NCBI GenBank assembly: GCA_035714365.1
Contig: DASTMB010000064.1
Span: forward strand, 31,785 to 95,784
From: Mycobacteriales bacterium
GTDB taxonomy: Bacteria > Actinomycetota > Actinomycetes > BP-191
Reading direction: 5' to 3'
DNA length: 64,000 bases
The stretch's first letter is position 1, and every line of letters starts with the position of its first letter. The notes below the pieces were generated by a model. The model had not been told where the DNA came from. It searched no databases and saw only the letters and a program-made list of their open reading frames with translations. Position numbers and translations under genes: made by a program. Below, in pieces: positions 23,995 to 35,547 of the stretch.

Positions 23995-26900
23995 ATGACC
24001 CGCCGCCTGTCCCTGCGCGCCCGCGCCTTCGCGGCCGCCCTCGCGCTCGTTCCCGCCGGCTTCGCCGGTGTGTTCGGCCAGGGCGCCGACGCCACGGCGC
24101 CGAAGCCGGCCAAGCAGGGGCCCGAGATCTTCGGGGACCTCTTCCCGGCGAACCCGGCCACCCAGCTCCTCAAGCAGCCGGACGGCACGACGTTCGCCGC
24201 CACGCTGACCAACGGCGAGATCGGCGGCGCGTTCGAGACGCCCGAGGGCTACACCGTGGTCCGCGGCAAGGACCGGGTGTGGCGCTACGCCACCGGCCGC
24301 GACGCGAAGGGCAACCTGCTCGCGTCGTCGGTGGTCGCGCGTTCCGGCCGGGTGCCGAACGGCGTCAAGCCGCACGCGGGCCGCACGAAGAACATCTGGG
24401 ACGACGGCCACGGCGGCGACGTGCGCGCGCAGACGTTCCGCGCGCTGCAGATCGCGTCGCGCAAGGCGCAGGACCAGGCGCGGGCGAAGGGCGAGCCGCG
24501 CGTCTTCCGGTTCCCGGCGCTGATGCTGGCCACCTGGTACGACGAGGACACCCAGACCGAGCCGCAGTTCCAGGACGGCACCGACACCCCCGAGTACTTC
24601 AAGAAGATCCTCGACGGCTTCGGCGGCAACCCGGAGGGGACGCTGACGGAGTTCTACTTCGAGGACTCGTTCGGCCAGTTCCTCGTGCAGGTCGACGTGT
24701 TCGGCCCGTACACGTCGGAGCGGTCGCGGGAGGATCCGTGCTACTACGGCGGCATCGGCCAGACCGAGGACGACGGTGACCTCGACCTGCTCGACACGCA
24801 GCTCGGCGTCGGCGGCGGCGGCGCGATCGGCATGGCGATCGAGGCGTTCCCGCAGGCCGACCCGACGGTGAACTTCGGCCCGTACGACAACGACAACGAC
24901 GGCGAGGTCGACTTCACCGCGATCATCCACTCGGGCGCGGACATGGCCGTCACCGGCAACCCGTGCAACACGTGGTCGCACGCGACGACGGTCAACCTGG
25001 CCGGGCCGATCATCGAGGGCCTGGTCGGCCTCGACAAGAACAAGATCAAGGCCGGGCTCCAGTCGACGGACGTCAACGGCGAGGGCATGCCGGTGCACAT
25101 CAACCGCGTGTTCACGATGCCGGAGTTCGCCAGCCCGACCGGCCCGCTGACGATCGGCGTCGCGACGCACGAGATGAGCCACGCGCTCGGCGAGCCCGAC
25201 TACTACGACACCACCAGCCAGTCGCAGGGCAACGGCGACTGGGACATCATGGCCGGCGGCTCGTACCTCGGTAACCCGTCGGGCAGCAACCCGGCGCTGC
25301 ACAACCCGGCGACCCGCGTCTTCCAGGGCTTCCTCCAGCCGACGATCGTGCACGACACGAAGAAGGCCGCGACGCTCAAGCCGCGCAACCAGCTCCCGTT
25401 CCCCGGCTACACGACCGACTCGCCTGACCCGAACCTCCTCCTCGTGCCGCTCTACGAGATCGAGCCGGGGGAGGAGGACAGCACCGGGTACACGTGGACC
25501 GAGAACGACGTCTACGGCCTGGCGAAGGACCCGCAGACCGGCAAGTACGTGGTCGAGGGCTACTACCTCGAGAACATCAACCGGATGTGGCACACGGCAC
25601 CGACCTACGCGGACTTCTCGCGCGGCGGCTACTTCGACCGCAAGGTGCACCAGTCCGGCCTGATGATCTGGCACTTCGACTACTGGCTGCGCTCCAACGT
25701 CTACTTCAACAGCAACAACGCGCAGAGCTTCGCGAACCGCCCGCAGATGGACCCGCTGGAGTTCGACCGCAACGACAACACGCAGGAGCTCCAGCTCAAC
25801 TACTCCCGCGGCAACGTCGGTGACCTCGTCGTCGGCGCGGCCGGCGGCATCTCGTCCGGCACCCGCAAGATCCAGCCGAACCTCGTGGTGCTGACCGGTG
25901 ACCCGCAGGACCCGATCGAGTTCACCGGCGTGGTCGCGGCCGGCGGCGACAACCCGTTCACCGTCGAGAACAACCCGAACAACTACCGGATGACCGTCAC
26001 CGCGGTGAGCAAGACGACGCCCGGCGACTGCAAGCTCCAGCTCTTCTACAACGGCGAGGCGTACGGCAAGGAGTCCGACTCCGGCAGCGTCGGCGACCCC
26101 GAGACGATCGTCGTCTCGAAGCCGAAGCCGGGTAACTGGAGCGCCAAGGTCAGCGACTTCGCCGGCTGCCTCGACTACGAGGGCAGCGTGACGTTCAGCA
26201 ACGGCTCGGACGAGCTGCCGACGAAGGGCGCGGCCGACACCTGGTCGAACTGGAGCAAGGAGCCGACCGGCTGGGCGTTCACGAACGTCGGCCCGGCCGA
26301 CGTCGACGGCATCGCGCAGAGCACCGACTCGAACGGCACCGAGAACATCACGCTCGACCTGATGCACTACGGCGGCGGCGACGTCGACGTGGCCCCCGGC
26401 TTCGTCGAGGGCGCCCTGAACGCCAACGGCGGCGCCGGGCCGTTCAACGTCGGCGCGGCGAACGCGATGAGCGTGCCGGTGTTCAACCACGGCGGGAAGG
26501 GCGCGGGCACGTTCCGCGTCGACGTCCGCCTCGGTGCCGCCGACGGCCCGGTCGTCGCGACGAAGAACGTCAGCCTCAACGGCTACGAGCGCAAGGACGT
26601 GGCGTTCACGCTCACGCCGAAGCAGGAGGGCTGGACCGACGTCTACGTCACCGTCGACGGCGGCCGCGCGCTCACCGAGGGCTCGGAGACGAACAACACG
26701 CAGAAGACGACGCTGTGGGCCGGCCCGGCCAACCCGCGCGTCGCGGTCGTGGACGACGACGCCGAGCTGACCAGCGAGATGTCGACCATCGGCGCGCTGG
26801 CGGCGCTCGGCGTGCCGTACGCGGTGCTGCGCGAGCACCCGACGGGCGCGCAGCTCAAGCAGTACCAGGCGGTGATCTGGGAGGCGGGCGTCGACCGGCT

Positions 26901-27963
26901 CAACGGCCAGTTCAACCTCGCCGACCGCACCGCGCTGCGCGAGTACCTCAACGCCGGCGGCAAGCTGCTCGTCCAGAGCAACCGCGTCGCCTCCGCGCTC
27001 GGCACCGCCCAGCAGGGCGAGAACGCCGACAGCGTGGACTTCCTGAAGAACTACCTCGGTGGCACCTACGGCGGCTCGGACGACACCGTGTCGCGCGAGC
27101 GGCCGTCGGACATCAAGGGCACCGGCCACGTCCTCGGCGACGTGGCGGGCGAGATCGTGCCGTTCGCGGCGCGGCAGTTCTTCGAGACGATCGTCCCGGC
27201 CGCGGCCGAGGACGTGTTCGGCACGGTGCAGTCCGAGCTGACCATCAACGACGTCAAGGACGGCCACTTCCTCGGCGTCTCCGTCGACGGCGACTCGGCG
27301 CACAAGGGCTTCAAGACGATCACGCTCGGCTACAACTTCGCGCAGCACGCGACCGCCGACACCAGCGTGTCGATCGTGCGGTCGGCGCTGAGCCACTTCG
27401 GCGTCGCGATGGGCACCTACACCGTCAAGACGCCGCAGCCGGTCGTCTACCACTCGGCGATCCGCGACCAGGTCAGCGGCCGGGAGACGCCGATCACGGC
27501 GATCTCGCTCGGCGGCCCGGCCGGCTCGCCGATGACGCTGAACTACCGGCGCCACAACCTCGGCGGCTTCTACGTCCAGAAGATGACCGGCGGCAACGAG
27601 CCGGGCGTGTTCAACGGGCAGATCCCGCGGTTCGCGGCGACGCCGGACGGCATCGACTACTACCTCAAGGCCGGCACGGCCTCGACGTACGAGCCGCGCG
27701 GCGCGGGGCTCGGGCGGCTGACGTTCGGCATCGGCGTGCAGCTCCCCGAGATCTCGGACGCGCTGCCGATCCTGCCCGGCGGCCTGACCCGCATCCCGGA
27801 CAAGCCGACGAAGCCGGAGAACCCGCCGACCAGGCCGACCCGTCCGACGAAGCCGACCGAGCCGACGATCCCCACCACCGGCCTGCCGGGCGCGCTGCCG
27901 CTCGTCGCGCTGGTGCTGGCCGGCTCCGCGGTCGTCGTGCGGCGGCGGTACGTCAACCGGTAG
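23995..27963 (+). CDS. Secreted M6-family (immune inhibitor A-like) zinc metalloprotease with a C-terminal sorting/anchor signal
   Basis: GGAGGA Shine-Dalgarno sequence, then ATG at 23995. Signal peptide MTRRLSLRARAFAAALALVPAGFAG. HEMSH at 25168-25182 (GVATHEMSHALGEPDYYD). Pro/Thr/Lys-rich stalk, then IPTTG-LPGALPLVALVLAGSAVVV-RRR. Confidence 0.75.
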   Translation: MTRRLSLRARAFAAALALVPAGFAGVFGQGADATAPKPAKQGPEIFGDLFPANPATQLLKQPDGTTFAATLTNGEIGGAFETPEGYTVVRGKDRVWRYATGRDAKGNLLASSVVARSGRVPNGVKPHAGRTKNIWDDGHGGDVRAQTFRALQIASRKAQDQARAKGEPRVFRFPALMLATWYDEDTQTEPQFQDGTDTPEYFKKILDGFGGNPEGTLTEFYFEDSFGQFLVQVDVFGPYTSERSREDPCYYGGIGQTEDDGDLDLLDTQLGVGGGGAIGMAIEAFPQADPTVNFGPYDNDNDGEVDFTAIIHSGADMAVTGNPCNTWSHATTVNLAGPIIEGLVGLDKNKIKAGLQSTDVNGEGMPVHINRVFTMPEFASPTGPLTIGVATHEMSHALGEPDYYDTTSQSQGNGDWDIMAGGSYLGNPSGSNPALHNPATRVFQGFLQPTIVHDTKKAATLKPRNQLPFPGYTTDSPDPNLLLVPLYEIEPGEEDSTGYTWTENDVYGLAKDPQTGKYVVEGYYLENINRMWHTAPTYADFSRGGYFDRKVHQSGLMIWHFDYWLRSNVYFNSNNAQSFANRPQMDPLEFDRNDNTQELQLNYSRGNVGDLVVGAAGGISSGTRKIQPNLVVLTGDPQDPIEFTGVVAAGGDNPFTVENNPNNYRMTVTAVSKTTPGDCKLQLFYNGEAYGKESDSGSVGDPETIVVSKPKPGNWSAKVSDFAGCLDYEGSVTFSNGSDELPTKGAADTWSNWSKEPTGWAFTNVGPADVDGIAQSTDSNGTENITLDLMHYGGGDVDVAPGFVEGALNANGGAGPFNVGAANAMSVPVFNHGGKGAGTFRVDVRLGAADGPVVATKNVSLNGYERKDVAFTLTPKQEGWTDVYVTVDGGRALTEGSETNNTQKTTLWAGPANPRVAVVDDDAELTSEMSTIGALAALGVPYAVLREHPTGAQLKQYQAVIWEAGVDRLNGQFNLADRTALREYLNAGGKLLVQSNRVASALGTAQQGENADSVDFLKNYLGGTYGGSDDTVSRERPSDIKGTGHVLGDVAGEIVPFAARQFFETIVPAAAEDVFGTVQSELTINDVKDGHFLGVSVDGDSAHKGFKTITLGYNFAQHATADTSVSIVRSALSHFGVAMGTYTVKTPQPVVYHSAIRDQVSGRETPITAISLGGPAGSPMTLNYRRHNLGGFYVQKMTGGNEPGVFNGQIPRFAATPDGIDYYLKAGTASTYEPRGAGLGRLTFGIGVQLPEISDALPILPGGLTRIPDKPTKPENPPTRPTRPTKPTEPTIPTTGLPGALPLVALVLAGSAVVVRRRYVNR

Positions 27964-27997
27964 GGCCTCGCCCCTGGGCTTTCGATAGCCTCTGCCC

Positions 27998-29653
27998 GTG
28001 ACCCCGGCAGAGCTGTCCGCCCTCGTCGTCGCCGCCGTCCGGCGTGCCGTCGACGACGGCGAGCTGGCCGTCGCCGTGCCGGGGACGGCCACGGTCGAGC
28101 GGCCGAAGCAGCGCGACCACGGGGACTACGCGACCAACGTCGCGCTCCAGCTCGCCAAGCCGGCGGGCCGGCCGCCGCGCGACGTGGCGGCGTTGCTCGC
28201 GCGGCACCTGTCGGCGGCCGACGGCATCGCGGGCGTCGAGGTCGCGGGCCCCGGCTTCCTCAACATCACCCTCGCCGACGACGCGCTCGGCCGCCTCGCC
28301 GGCACGATCGTCGCGGCCGGTCCGGCGTACGGCCGCACCGACGCGGGCGCCGGGCGCCGGGTCAACCTGGAGTTCGTCAGCGCCAACCCCACCGGCCCGA
28401 TGCACGTCGGCCACGCCCGCTGGGCGGCCTGCGGCGACGCCTTGGGGCGGCTGCTGGAGGCGACCGGCCACGCGGTGACCCGCGAGTTCTACGTCAACGA
28501 CGCCGGCGCGCAGACCGACCGCCTCGCCACGAGCCTGCTCTCCCGGGCGCGCGGCGAGGAGGTGGCGGACGACGGCTACCACGGCGACTACGTCGCGGAG
28601 ACCGCGCGGGCGATCCTGCGCGAGCACCCGGACCTCCTGGACCGCCCGGAGGACGAGGCGTTGCGCGTCCTCAAGGAGCGCGGGCTGGCGATCCTGCTCG
28701 GGGAGATCCAGCGGTCGCTGCGGGAGTTCGGCGTGGAGTTCGACGTGTGGGCGTCGGAGAAGGCGCTGCACGACTCCGGCGAGATCCGGAAGGCGATCGA
28801 GCGCTTCCGGGCACAGGGCCGCGTCTACGACGAGGGCGGGGCGGTCTGGCTGCGCACCACCGACTTCGGCGACGACAAGGACCGGGTGCTGGTGCGCTCG
28901 GACGGGACGCCGACGTACTTCGCCGCGGACTGCGCGTACTACCTGGACAAGCGCGAGCGCGGCGCCGACAAGATCGTGATCCAGGTCGGCGCCGACCACC
29001 ACGGCTACACCGGTCGGATGAAGGCCATGGTCGCCTGCTACGGCGACGACCCCGACCGCGACTTCCACCTGCTCATCGGCCAGCTCGTCAAGGTGATCCG
29101 CGACGGCCAGGTCGTGAAGATGAGCAAGCGGGCCGGCACCTACGTCGACTTCGACTCGGTGGTCGAGGCGGTCGGCGTCGACGCGGCGCGGTACTCGCTG
29201 GTCCGGCAGAGCATGGACAGCGACCTCACCCTCGACGTCGACCTGGTGACCCGGCACGACCCGGAGAACCCGGTCTTCTACGTCCAGTACGCGCACGCGC
29301 GGATCGCGTCGCTGCTGCGCAACGCGCGCGACCTCGGCGTCGAGCGCGGCGACTCCTACGATGCGTCGCTGCTCACCCACGAGCGGGAGAGCGACCTGCT
29401 GCGGGCGCTGGGGGAGTTCCCGCGGATCGTGCTGTCGGCGACCGAGCTGGACGCGCCGCACCGCGTCGCGCGGTACCTCGAGGAGCTGGCCGGGGTCTAC
29501 CACCGGTTCTACGACGCCTGCCGCGTGCTGCCCGGCGAGACCGGCCCGGAGCCGGCCGTGACGGTCGCCCGGCTGTGGCTGTGCGAGGCGACCCGCACCG
29601 TCCTCGCCAACGGGCTCGCGCTGCTCGGGGTGACCGCCCCGGAGCGGATGTGA
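27998..29653 (+). CDS. argS: Arginine--tRNA ligase
   Basis: 551 aa, GTG start. [21 protein letters not shown]...[17 protein letters not shown]...KMSKRAG. Confidence 0.95.
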   Translation: MTPAELSALVVAAVRRAVDDGELAVAVPGTATVERPKQRDHGDYATNVALQLAKPAGRPPRDVAALLARHLSAADGIAGVEVAGPGFLNITLADDALGRLAGTIVAAGPAYGRTDAGAGRRVNLEFVSANPTGPMHVGHARWAACGDALGRLLEATGHAVTREFYVNDAGAQTDRLATSLLSRARGEEVADDGYHGDYVAETARAILREHPDLLDRPEDEALRVLKERGLAILLGEIQRSLREFGVEFDVWASEKALHDSGEIRKAIERFRAQGRVYDEGGAVWLRTTDFGDDKDRVLVRSDGTPTYFAADCAYYLDKRERGADKIVIQVGADHHGYTGRMKAMVACYGDDPDRDFHLLIGQLVKVIRDGQVVKMSKRAGTYVDFDSVVEAVGVDAARYSLVRQSMDSDLTLDVDLVTRHDPENPVFYVQYAHARIASLLRNARDLGVERGDSYDASLLTHERESDLLRALGEFPRIVLSATELDAPHRVARYLEELAGVYHRFYDACRVLPGETGPEPAVTVARLWLCEATRTVLANGLALLGVTAPERM

Positions 29654-29675
29654 CCGGCGCCCCCCGCGGGGCGGC

Positions 29676-30983
29676 GTGAGCGTCCTCGAGCCGGCCGTCT
29701 GGCCGGCCACCGCGCGGACCGACGCGTCCGGCGTCCTCGTCGTCGGCGGGGTGTCGGTGCGCGAGCTGGCCGCGGAGTTCGGGACGCCCGCGTTCGTGCT
29801 GGACGAGGCGGACTTCCGGGAGCGGGCGCGGGCCTGGCGCGAGGCGTTCGCCGACGCCGACCCGTACTACGCCGGCAAGGCGTTCCTCTGCCACGCCGTC
29901 GCGCGCTGGGTGAACGAGGAGGGGCTCGGCCTCGACGTCTGCACCGGCGGCGAGCTCGCGGTCGCCGAGCGGGCGGCGTTCCCGCCGGAACGCCTGCTGT
30001 TCCACGGCAACAACAAGTCCGTCGCCGAGCTGCGCCGCGCCGTCGCGTACGGCGTCGGCCGCGTCGTCGTGGACTCGTTCGAGGAGATCGCCCGGCTCGC
30101 CGACGTGGCCGCCGCGGCGGGCGTGACGCAGCGCGTGCTGGTCCGCGTGACGCCGGGCGTCGAGGCCCACACCCACGAGTACGTGCAGACCGGCCAGGAG
30201 GACCAGAAGTTCGGGTTCTCGCTCGCGTCCGGCGCGGCCGCGAAGGCCGTCGACGCGGTCGCGTCGGCGCCGTCGCTCGCGCTCGCCGGGCTGCACGCCC
30301 ACATCGGGTCGCAGATCTTCGAGACGCAGGGGTTCGCGCTCGCCGCGCACCGGATGCTCGGGCTGCTCGCGTCGGTGCGCGAGTCGTTCGCCGGGCCGCC
30401 GGAGCTGAACCTCGGCGGCGGCCTCGGCATCGCGTACACGCCGGAGGACGCTCCGCTGGAGGTGGCGGAGTTCGCGGACCGGCTGCGTGCGCTGGTCGCC
30501 GACGAGTGCGCCGCGCTCGGCATCGCCGTGCCGCGGCTCGCCGTCGAGCCGGGCCGCGCGATCGTCGGCCCCACGACGGTGACGCTCTACGAGGTCGGCA
30601 CGGTGAAGGAGCTGCCCGGCCTGCGGACCTACGTCAGCGTCGACGGCGGGATGAGCGACAACATCCGCACCGTCCTCTACGACGCGCACTACACGGCGCG
30701 GCTCGCCTCCCGGCGCAGCGACGCCGACCCGCGGCGGGTGACGTTGTGCGGCAAGCACTGCGAGAGCGGCGACATCGTCATCCGCGACGTCCCGCTGCCG
30801 GCCGACCTGCGCCCCGGCGACCTGGTCGCGGTGCCGGCGACCGGCGCGTACTGCCGGGCGATGGCGAGCAGCTACAACCACGTCCCGCGCCCGCCGGTGG
30901 TCGCCGTGCGCGACGGGCAGGCCCGGCTCGTCGTGCGCCGGGAGACCGAGGACGACCTGCTGCGTCTGGACGTCGCGCCATGA
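29676..30983 (+). CDS. lysA: Diaminopimelate decarboxylase
   Basis: 435 aa. [17 protein letters not shown]...YAGKAFLC...LLFHGNNKS...[12 protein letters not shown]...CGKHCESGD. Confidence 0.95.
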   Translation: MSVLEPAVWPATARTDASGVLVVGGVSVRELAAEFGTPAFVLDEADFRERARAWREAFADADPYYAGKAFLCHAVARWVNEEGLGLDVCTGGELAVAERAAFPPERLLFHGNNKSVAELRRAVAYGVGRVVVDSFEEIARLADVAAAAGVTQRVLVRVTPGVEAHTHEYVQTGQEDQKFGFSLASGAAAKAVDAVASAPSLALAGLHAHIGSQIFETQGFALAAHRMLGLLASVRESFAGPPELNLGGGLGIAYTPEDAPLEVAEFADRLRALVADECAALGIAVPRLAVEPGRAIVGPTTVTLYEVGTVKELPGLRTYVSVDGGMSDNIRTVLYDAHYTARLASRRSDADPRRVTLCGKHCESGDIVIRDVPLPADLRPGDLVAVPATGAYCRAMASSYNHVPRPPVVAVRDGQARLVVRRETEDDLLRLDVAP

Positions 30984-32257
30984 GGCCGCTGCGGGTCGCG
31001 CTGCTCGGCTGCGGCGTCGTCGGGTCGAGCGTCGTGCGGCTGGTCACCGAGCAGTCCGCCGACCTCGCGCACCGCGTCGGCGCGCCGGTCGAGGTGGCCG
31101 GCATCGCCGTCCGCCGGCCGGGGCTGCGCCGCGACGTCGATGTCGACCCGGCACTGCTCACGACCGACGCGCACGGGCTGGTGACGCGCGACGACGTCGA
31201 CATCGTCGTCGAGGTCATCGGCGGCATCGAGCCGGCCCGGTCGCTGCTGCTGGCGGCGTTCGCGGCCGGCAAGCCGGTCGTCACCGCGAACAAGGCGCTG
31301 CTCGCCTCCGACGGCGCCACCATCCACGACGCCGCCGCCAAGGCCGGCGTCGACCTCTACTTCGAGGCGTCGGTGGCGGGCGGGATCCCGCTGCTGCGGC
31401 CGTTGAAGGAGTCGCTGGCGGGCGAACGGCTGACCCGCGTCCTCGGCATCGTCAACGGCACCACCAACTTCATCCTCACCCGCATGCACGAGACCGGCGC
31501 GGGCTTCGCCGACGCGCTGGACGAGGCGACCGCGCTCGGCTACGCGGAGGCCGACCCGAGCGCGGACATCGAGGGGTTCGACGCCGCCGCGAAGGCCGCG
31601 ATCCTCGCGTCGATCGCGTTCCACTCGCGGGTCACCGTCGCGGACGTCCACCGCGAGGGCATCGTCGACGTCACCGCCGCCGACATCGCGAGCGCGCGCG
31701 CGATGGGCCGCGTCGTGAAGCTGCTCGCCATCTGCGAACGCGCCGGCGACGGCGTGTCCGTGCGCGTCCACCCGGCGATGATCCCGGCGACGCACCCGCT
31801 CGCGTCGGTGCGGGACGCGTTCAACGCGGTGTTCGTGGAGGGCGAGTCGGTCGGGCAGCTCATGTTCTACGGCCGGGGCGCGGGCGGGCTGCCGACGGCG
31901 AGCGCGGTCCTCGGCGACGTGGTCGCCGTCGCGCGCAACCTGCGGTCCGGCTCGCGCGGCGTCGGCGAGTCGGCGTACGCGTCGCTGCGCGCACTGCCGA
32001 TGGGCGACGTGCTGACCCGCTACCACGTGAACCTCGACGTCGCCGACAAGGCCGGCGTGCTCGCGGCGGTGGCGACGGCGTTCGCCGACCACGACGTCTC
32101 GATCGGCACGGTCCGCCAGGAGGGGCACGGCGACGACGCGACGCTGGTGCTCGTCACGCACACCGCGCGCGACGACGCGTTGCGGCGCACGGTGGAGGTG
32201 CTGCGTTCTCTCGACGTCGTGCGGGCTGTGACGTCGGTCATGCGGGTAGAGGACTGA
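30980..32257 (+). CDS. hom: Homoserine dehydrogenase
   Basis: ATGA overlap with the lysA stop. [21 protein letters not shown]...[10 protein letters not shown]...[17 protein letters not shown]...[13 protein letters not shown], with a C-terminal ACT-like region. Confidence 0.95.
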   Translation: MRPLRVALLGCGVVGSSVVRLVTEQSADLAHRVGAPVEVAGIAVRRPGLRRDVDVDPALLTTDAHGLVTRDDVDIVVEVIGGIEPARSLLLAAFAAGKPVVTANKALLASDGATIHDAAAKAGVDLYFEASVAGGIPLLRPLKESLAGERLTRVLGIVNGTTNFILTRMHETGAGFADALDEATALGYAEADPSADIEGFDAAAKAAILASIAFHSRVTVADVHREGIVDVTAADIASARAMGRVVKLLAICERAGDGVSVRVHPAMIPATHPLASVRDAFNAVFVEGESVGQLMFYGRGAGGLPTASAVLGDVVAVARNLRSGSRGVGESAYASLRALPMGDVLTRYHVNLDVADKAGVLAAVATAFADHDVSIGTVRQEGHGDDATLVLVTHTARDDALRRTVEVLRSLDVVRAVTSVMRVED

Positions 32258-32259
32258 GC

Positions 32260-33312
32260 ATGGCCTGGCGCGGAGTGGTGGAGGAGTACCGGTCGCGGCT
32301 GCCGGTGGACGACGGCGTCGCGCCGGTGACGTTGCTGGAGGGCGGCACGCCGCTCGTGCCGGCGCCGCACCTGTCGTCGCTCACCGGCTGCGACGTGTGG
32401 CTGAAGGTCGAGGGGCTCAACCCGACCGGCTCGTTCAAGGACCGCGGCATGACGATGGCCATCACCAAGGCCGTCGAGGAGGGCAGCCGCGCCGTCATCT
32501 GCGCGTCCACCGGCAACACGTCCGCCTCGGCCGCGGCGTACGCCGCCCGCGCCGGACTGGTCTGCGCGGTGCTGGTGCCGCAGGGGAAGATCGCGCTCGG
32601 CAAGCTCGCCCAGGCGCTCGTGCACGGCGCGACGCTGCTCCAGGTCACCGGCAACTTCGACGACTGCCTGGACCTCGCCCGTGACCTGGCGAAGAACTAC
32701 CCGGTGACGCTGGTCAACTCGGTCAACCCGTTCCGGATCGAGGGGCAGAAGACGGCGGCGTTCGAGGTCTGCGACGCGCTCGGCCGCGCGCCCGACGTGC
32801 ACTGCCTGCCGGTCGGCAACGCCGGCAACGTCACGGCGTACTGGAAGGGGTACCGCGAGTACGCCCGCGACGGCGTGGTGCCGGCGACGCCGGCGATGCG
32901 CGGCTACCAGGCCGCCGGGGCGGCGCCATTGGTGAGCGGCCGGCCGGTGCCGCAGCCGGAGACGATCGCGACCGCGATCCGCATCGGCAACCCCGCGTCG
33001 TGGGACACCGCGATCCTCGCTCGGGACGAGTCCGGCGGCGCGATCGAGGCGGTGACCGACGGGCAGATCCTCGACGCGTACCGGCTGGTGGCGCGGCACG
33101 AGGGCGTGTTCGTGGAGCCGGCGTCGGCGGCGTCCGTCGCGGGGCTGCTGATGTCGGCCGAGGCGGGCGACGTGCCGCGTGGCTCGCTCGTCGTCTGCAC
33201 CGTCACCGGGCACGGCCTGAAGGACCCGGAGACGGCGCTCGCCGGGCTGCCGGAGCCGCGGGTGGTGGGGGTCGACGCCGACGCGGCGGCCGCGTTGCTC
33301 GACCTGTCGTGA
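32260..33312 (+). CDS. thrC: Threonine synthase
   Basis: 350 aa. [11 protein letters not shown]...[25 protein letters not shown]...[17 protein letters not shown]. Confidence 0.95.
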   Translation: MAWRGVVEEYRSRLPVDDGVAPVTLLEGGTPLVPAPHLSSLTGCDVWLKVEGLNPTGSFKDRGMTMAITKAVEEGSRAVICASTGNTSASAAAYAARAGLVCAVLVPQGKIALGKLAQALVHGATLLQVTGNFDDCLDLARDLAKNYPVTLVNSVNPFRIEGQKTAAFEVCDALGRAPDVHCLPVGNAGNVTAYWKGYREYARDGVVPATPAMRGYQAAGAAPLVSGRPVPQPETIATAIRIGNPASWDTAILARDESGGAIEAVTDGQILDAYRLVARHEGVFVEPASAASVAGLLMSAEAGDVPRGSLVVCTVTGHGLKDPETALAGLPEPRVVGVDADAAAALLDLS

Positions 33313-33346
33313 CCCGCCGCGCCCGCGCCGCCGCGGGGAGCCCGGC

Positions 33347-34594
33347 ATGAGGGCGTACTGGGACCTGCTCCGGCGGGAGCGCGACTTCCGCCGCGTCTTC
33401 GTCTCCGAGCTGGTGTCGCTGGGCGGCGACTGGTTCGCGCTGGTGCCGCTGCTCGCGCTGCTGCCGCGGCTCACCGGCTCCGGCGCGTGGGGCGGGCTGG
33501 TGCTGGCCGCGGACACGGCGGTGTTCGCGCTGCTGTCGCCGTACGCCGGCTCGGTGGTCGACCGGCTGGACCGGCGCCGCATCATGGTCGGCGCCGACCT
33601 GGTGTCGGCCGTGCTGATCCTCGGGCTGCTGCTCGTCCGCTCGTCCGGCACCGCGTGGGTCGCGCTCGTCGCGCTGTCCGGCGTCGCGGGCGCGAAGGCG
33701 TTCTACAGCCCGGCCGCCGCGGCGGCGTTGCCGAACCTCGTCGACGCCGAGGACCTCCCCGTCGCCACCGTCCTCAACGGCGCCACCTGGGGCACCATGC
33801 TCGCCGTCGGCGCGGGCGTCGGCGGCCTGGCGGCGTCGGTCCTGGGGCCGCGCGCCTGCTTCGTCATCGACGCCGGGTCGTTCCTGCTGTCGGCGTGGTT
33901 CACCTGGCGCACGACGCGGCCGTTCGGCGAGGACCGGCGGCACCTGCCGCGCGCGGGCGTGCGGGCGGACCTGCGGGAGACGGCGGCGTTCGCGCGCACC
34001 GACCCGCGCGTCGTCGGCCTGCTGGCCTGCAAGGTCGGGCCGTCCATCGGCAACGGCGCCATCGCGATGTTCCCGATCTTCGCCGCGACGGTGTTCGGCT
34101 ACGGCCGCGACGACGTCGCGTTCGCGGTCGGCATGCTGCTCGCCGCGCGCGGGTTCGGCGCGTTGCTGGGGCCGATCCTCGGGCGGCGGGTCATCGCGCG
34201 CGAGGACCGCTACCTGTGGTCGGTGCTCGGCGCCGCGATGACGGTGTTCGGCGTCGGCTACATGGTGCTGCCGCTGGCCCACTGGCTCTGGCTGGCGATG
34301 CTCGTCGTGGTGTTCGCGCACCTCGGCGGCGGCGGCAACTGGATCCTCTCCACCTACGGCCTGCAGACGATCGTGCCGGACCGCGTGCGCGGCCGGGTGT
34401 TCTCCGTCGACTACATGATCTCGACCGTCGTCATCGCGGTGTCGCAGGCGTCCGCGGGCGCGCTGGCGGACCGCGCCGACCCGCGGTGGGTGTCGTTCGG
34501 GCTCGGGTCCCTCGTCCTTCTCTACGCTGCGGGCTGGCTCGTCGCGACGCGGTCGTTCCGCCGCGTGCCCGCGGGCGTGCCGGTGGAGGTGTAG
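33347..34594 (+). CDS. MFS transporter (EntS/MFS_3-like), inserted between thrC and thrB
   Basis: 415 aa with about 12 hydrophobic segments. FRRVFVSELVSLGGDWFALVPLLAL...AGSVVDRLDRRRIMV. Confidence 0.8.
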   Translation: MRAYWDLLRRERDFRRVFVSELVSLGGDWFALVPLLALLPRLTGSGAWGGLVLAADTAVFALLSPYAGSVVDRLDRRRIMVGADLVSAVLILGLLLVRSSGTAWVALVALSGVAGAKAFYSPAAAAALPNLVDAEDLPVATVLNGATWGTMLAVGAGVGGLAASVLGPRACFVIDAGSFLLSAWFTWRTTRPFGEDRRHLPRAGVRADLRETAAFARTDPRVVGLLACKVGPSIGNGAIAMFPIFAATVFGYGRDDVAFAVGMLLAARGFGALLGPILGRRVIAREDRYLWSVLGAAMTVFGVGYMVLPLAHWLWLAMLVVVFAHLGGGGNWILSTYGLQTIVPDRVRGRVFSVDYMISTVVIAVSQASAGALADRADPRWVSFGLGSLVLLYAAGWLVATRSFRRVPAGVPVEV

Positions 34595-34596
34595 CC

Positions 34597-35478
34597 GTGG
34601 CGGGTCCCGCGTTCCGTGCCGCGCCGGTGCGCGTGCGCGTGCCGGCGACGTCGGCGAACCTCGGTCCCGGCTTCGACGCGTTCGGGCTGGCGCTCGGGCT
34701 CTACGACGACGTCGTCGCGCGCATCGGCGAGTCCGGCGTCGCTGTCGACGTCGCCGGCGAGGGCGCCGACACGGTGCCGCGCGACAAGCGCAACCTCGTC
34801 GTCCGCGCCATGCGCGCGACGTTCGACGCGCTCGGCGGCCAGCCGCGCGGCATCGAGGTCGTCTGCGCCAACCGGATCCCGCACGGCCGCGGCCTCGGCT
34901 CGTCCGCCGCCGCGATCGTCGCCGGCGTGCTGGCCGCGCGGTCGCTGGTGCTCGGGCCGTTCCCCGACGAGGCCGTGCTGGCGCTCTGCACCGAGCTCGA
35001 GGGCCACCCCGACAATGTCGCCGCCTGCCTGCTCGGCGGGCTGGTGCTGTCGTGGCGTTCGGACTCGGGCGTCGAGGCGGTGCGGCTGCCGGTCGACGCG
35101 TCGGTGGCGCCGGTGGCGTTCGTGCCGGCGACGAAGTCGTCGACCGCCAAGGCGCGGCGCCTGCTGCCGGAGTCGGTGCCGCACGAGGACGCGGCGTTCA
35201 ACGCCGCCCGCGCCGCGCTGCTCGTGGAGGCGCTGGGGCGCCGGCCCGACCTGCTGCTGGCCGCGACGGAGGACCGGCTGCACCAGCCGTACCGCGCCGA
35301 GGCGATGCCGCGGTCGGCGGCCCTGGTCGCGTCGCTGCGCGCGGCGGGCGTGCCCGCCGTGGTGTCGGGTGCCGGGCCGACGGTGCTGGCGTTCGGCGCG
35401 GCCGACGTGAACCCCGGGCGCGGCTGGACCGCCATGCCGCTGGCCGTCGCGGGTGGCGCCGAGGTGCTTCCCGTGTGA
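34597..35478 (+). CDS. thrB: Homoserine kinase
   Basis: GTG at 34597. VRVPATSANLGPGFDAFGLAL...NRIPHGRGLGSSAAAIVAG...HPDNVAACLLGG. Confidence 0.9.
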   Translation: MAGPAFRAAPVRVRVPATSANLGPGFDAFGLALGLYDDVVARIGESGVAVDVAGEGADTVPRDKRNLVVRAMRATFDALGGQPRGIEVVCANRIPHGRGLGSSAAAIVAGVLAARSLVLGPFPDEAVLALCTELEGHPDNVAACLLGGLVLSWRSDSGVEAVRLPVDASVAPVAFVPATKSSTAKARRLLPESVPHEDAAFNAARAALLVEALGRRPDLLLAATEDRLHQPYRAEAMPRSAALVASLRAAGVPAVVSGAGPTVLAFGAADVNPGRGWTAMPLAVAGGAEVLPV

Positions 35479-35529
35479 TCAATGCTGCGCCGCAACGCGC
35501 GCGACCGTACGCCGTGCAGCATTGATCAC
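35476..35529. repeat. Perfect 13-bp inverted repeat TGATCAATGCTGC / GCAGCATTGATCA with a 28-nt spacer, starting at the thrB stop codon
   Basis: The arms lie at 35476-35488 and 35517-35529 and are AT-richer than their surroundings. It could be a terminator hairpin or a protein operator ahead of the next gene's Shine-Dalgarno sequence (GGAGGAG at 35531). Confidence 0.55.
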
Positions 35530-35547
35530 CGGAGGAGGGCGGGCGTC

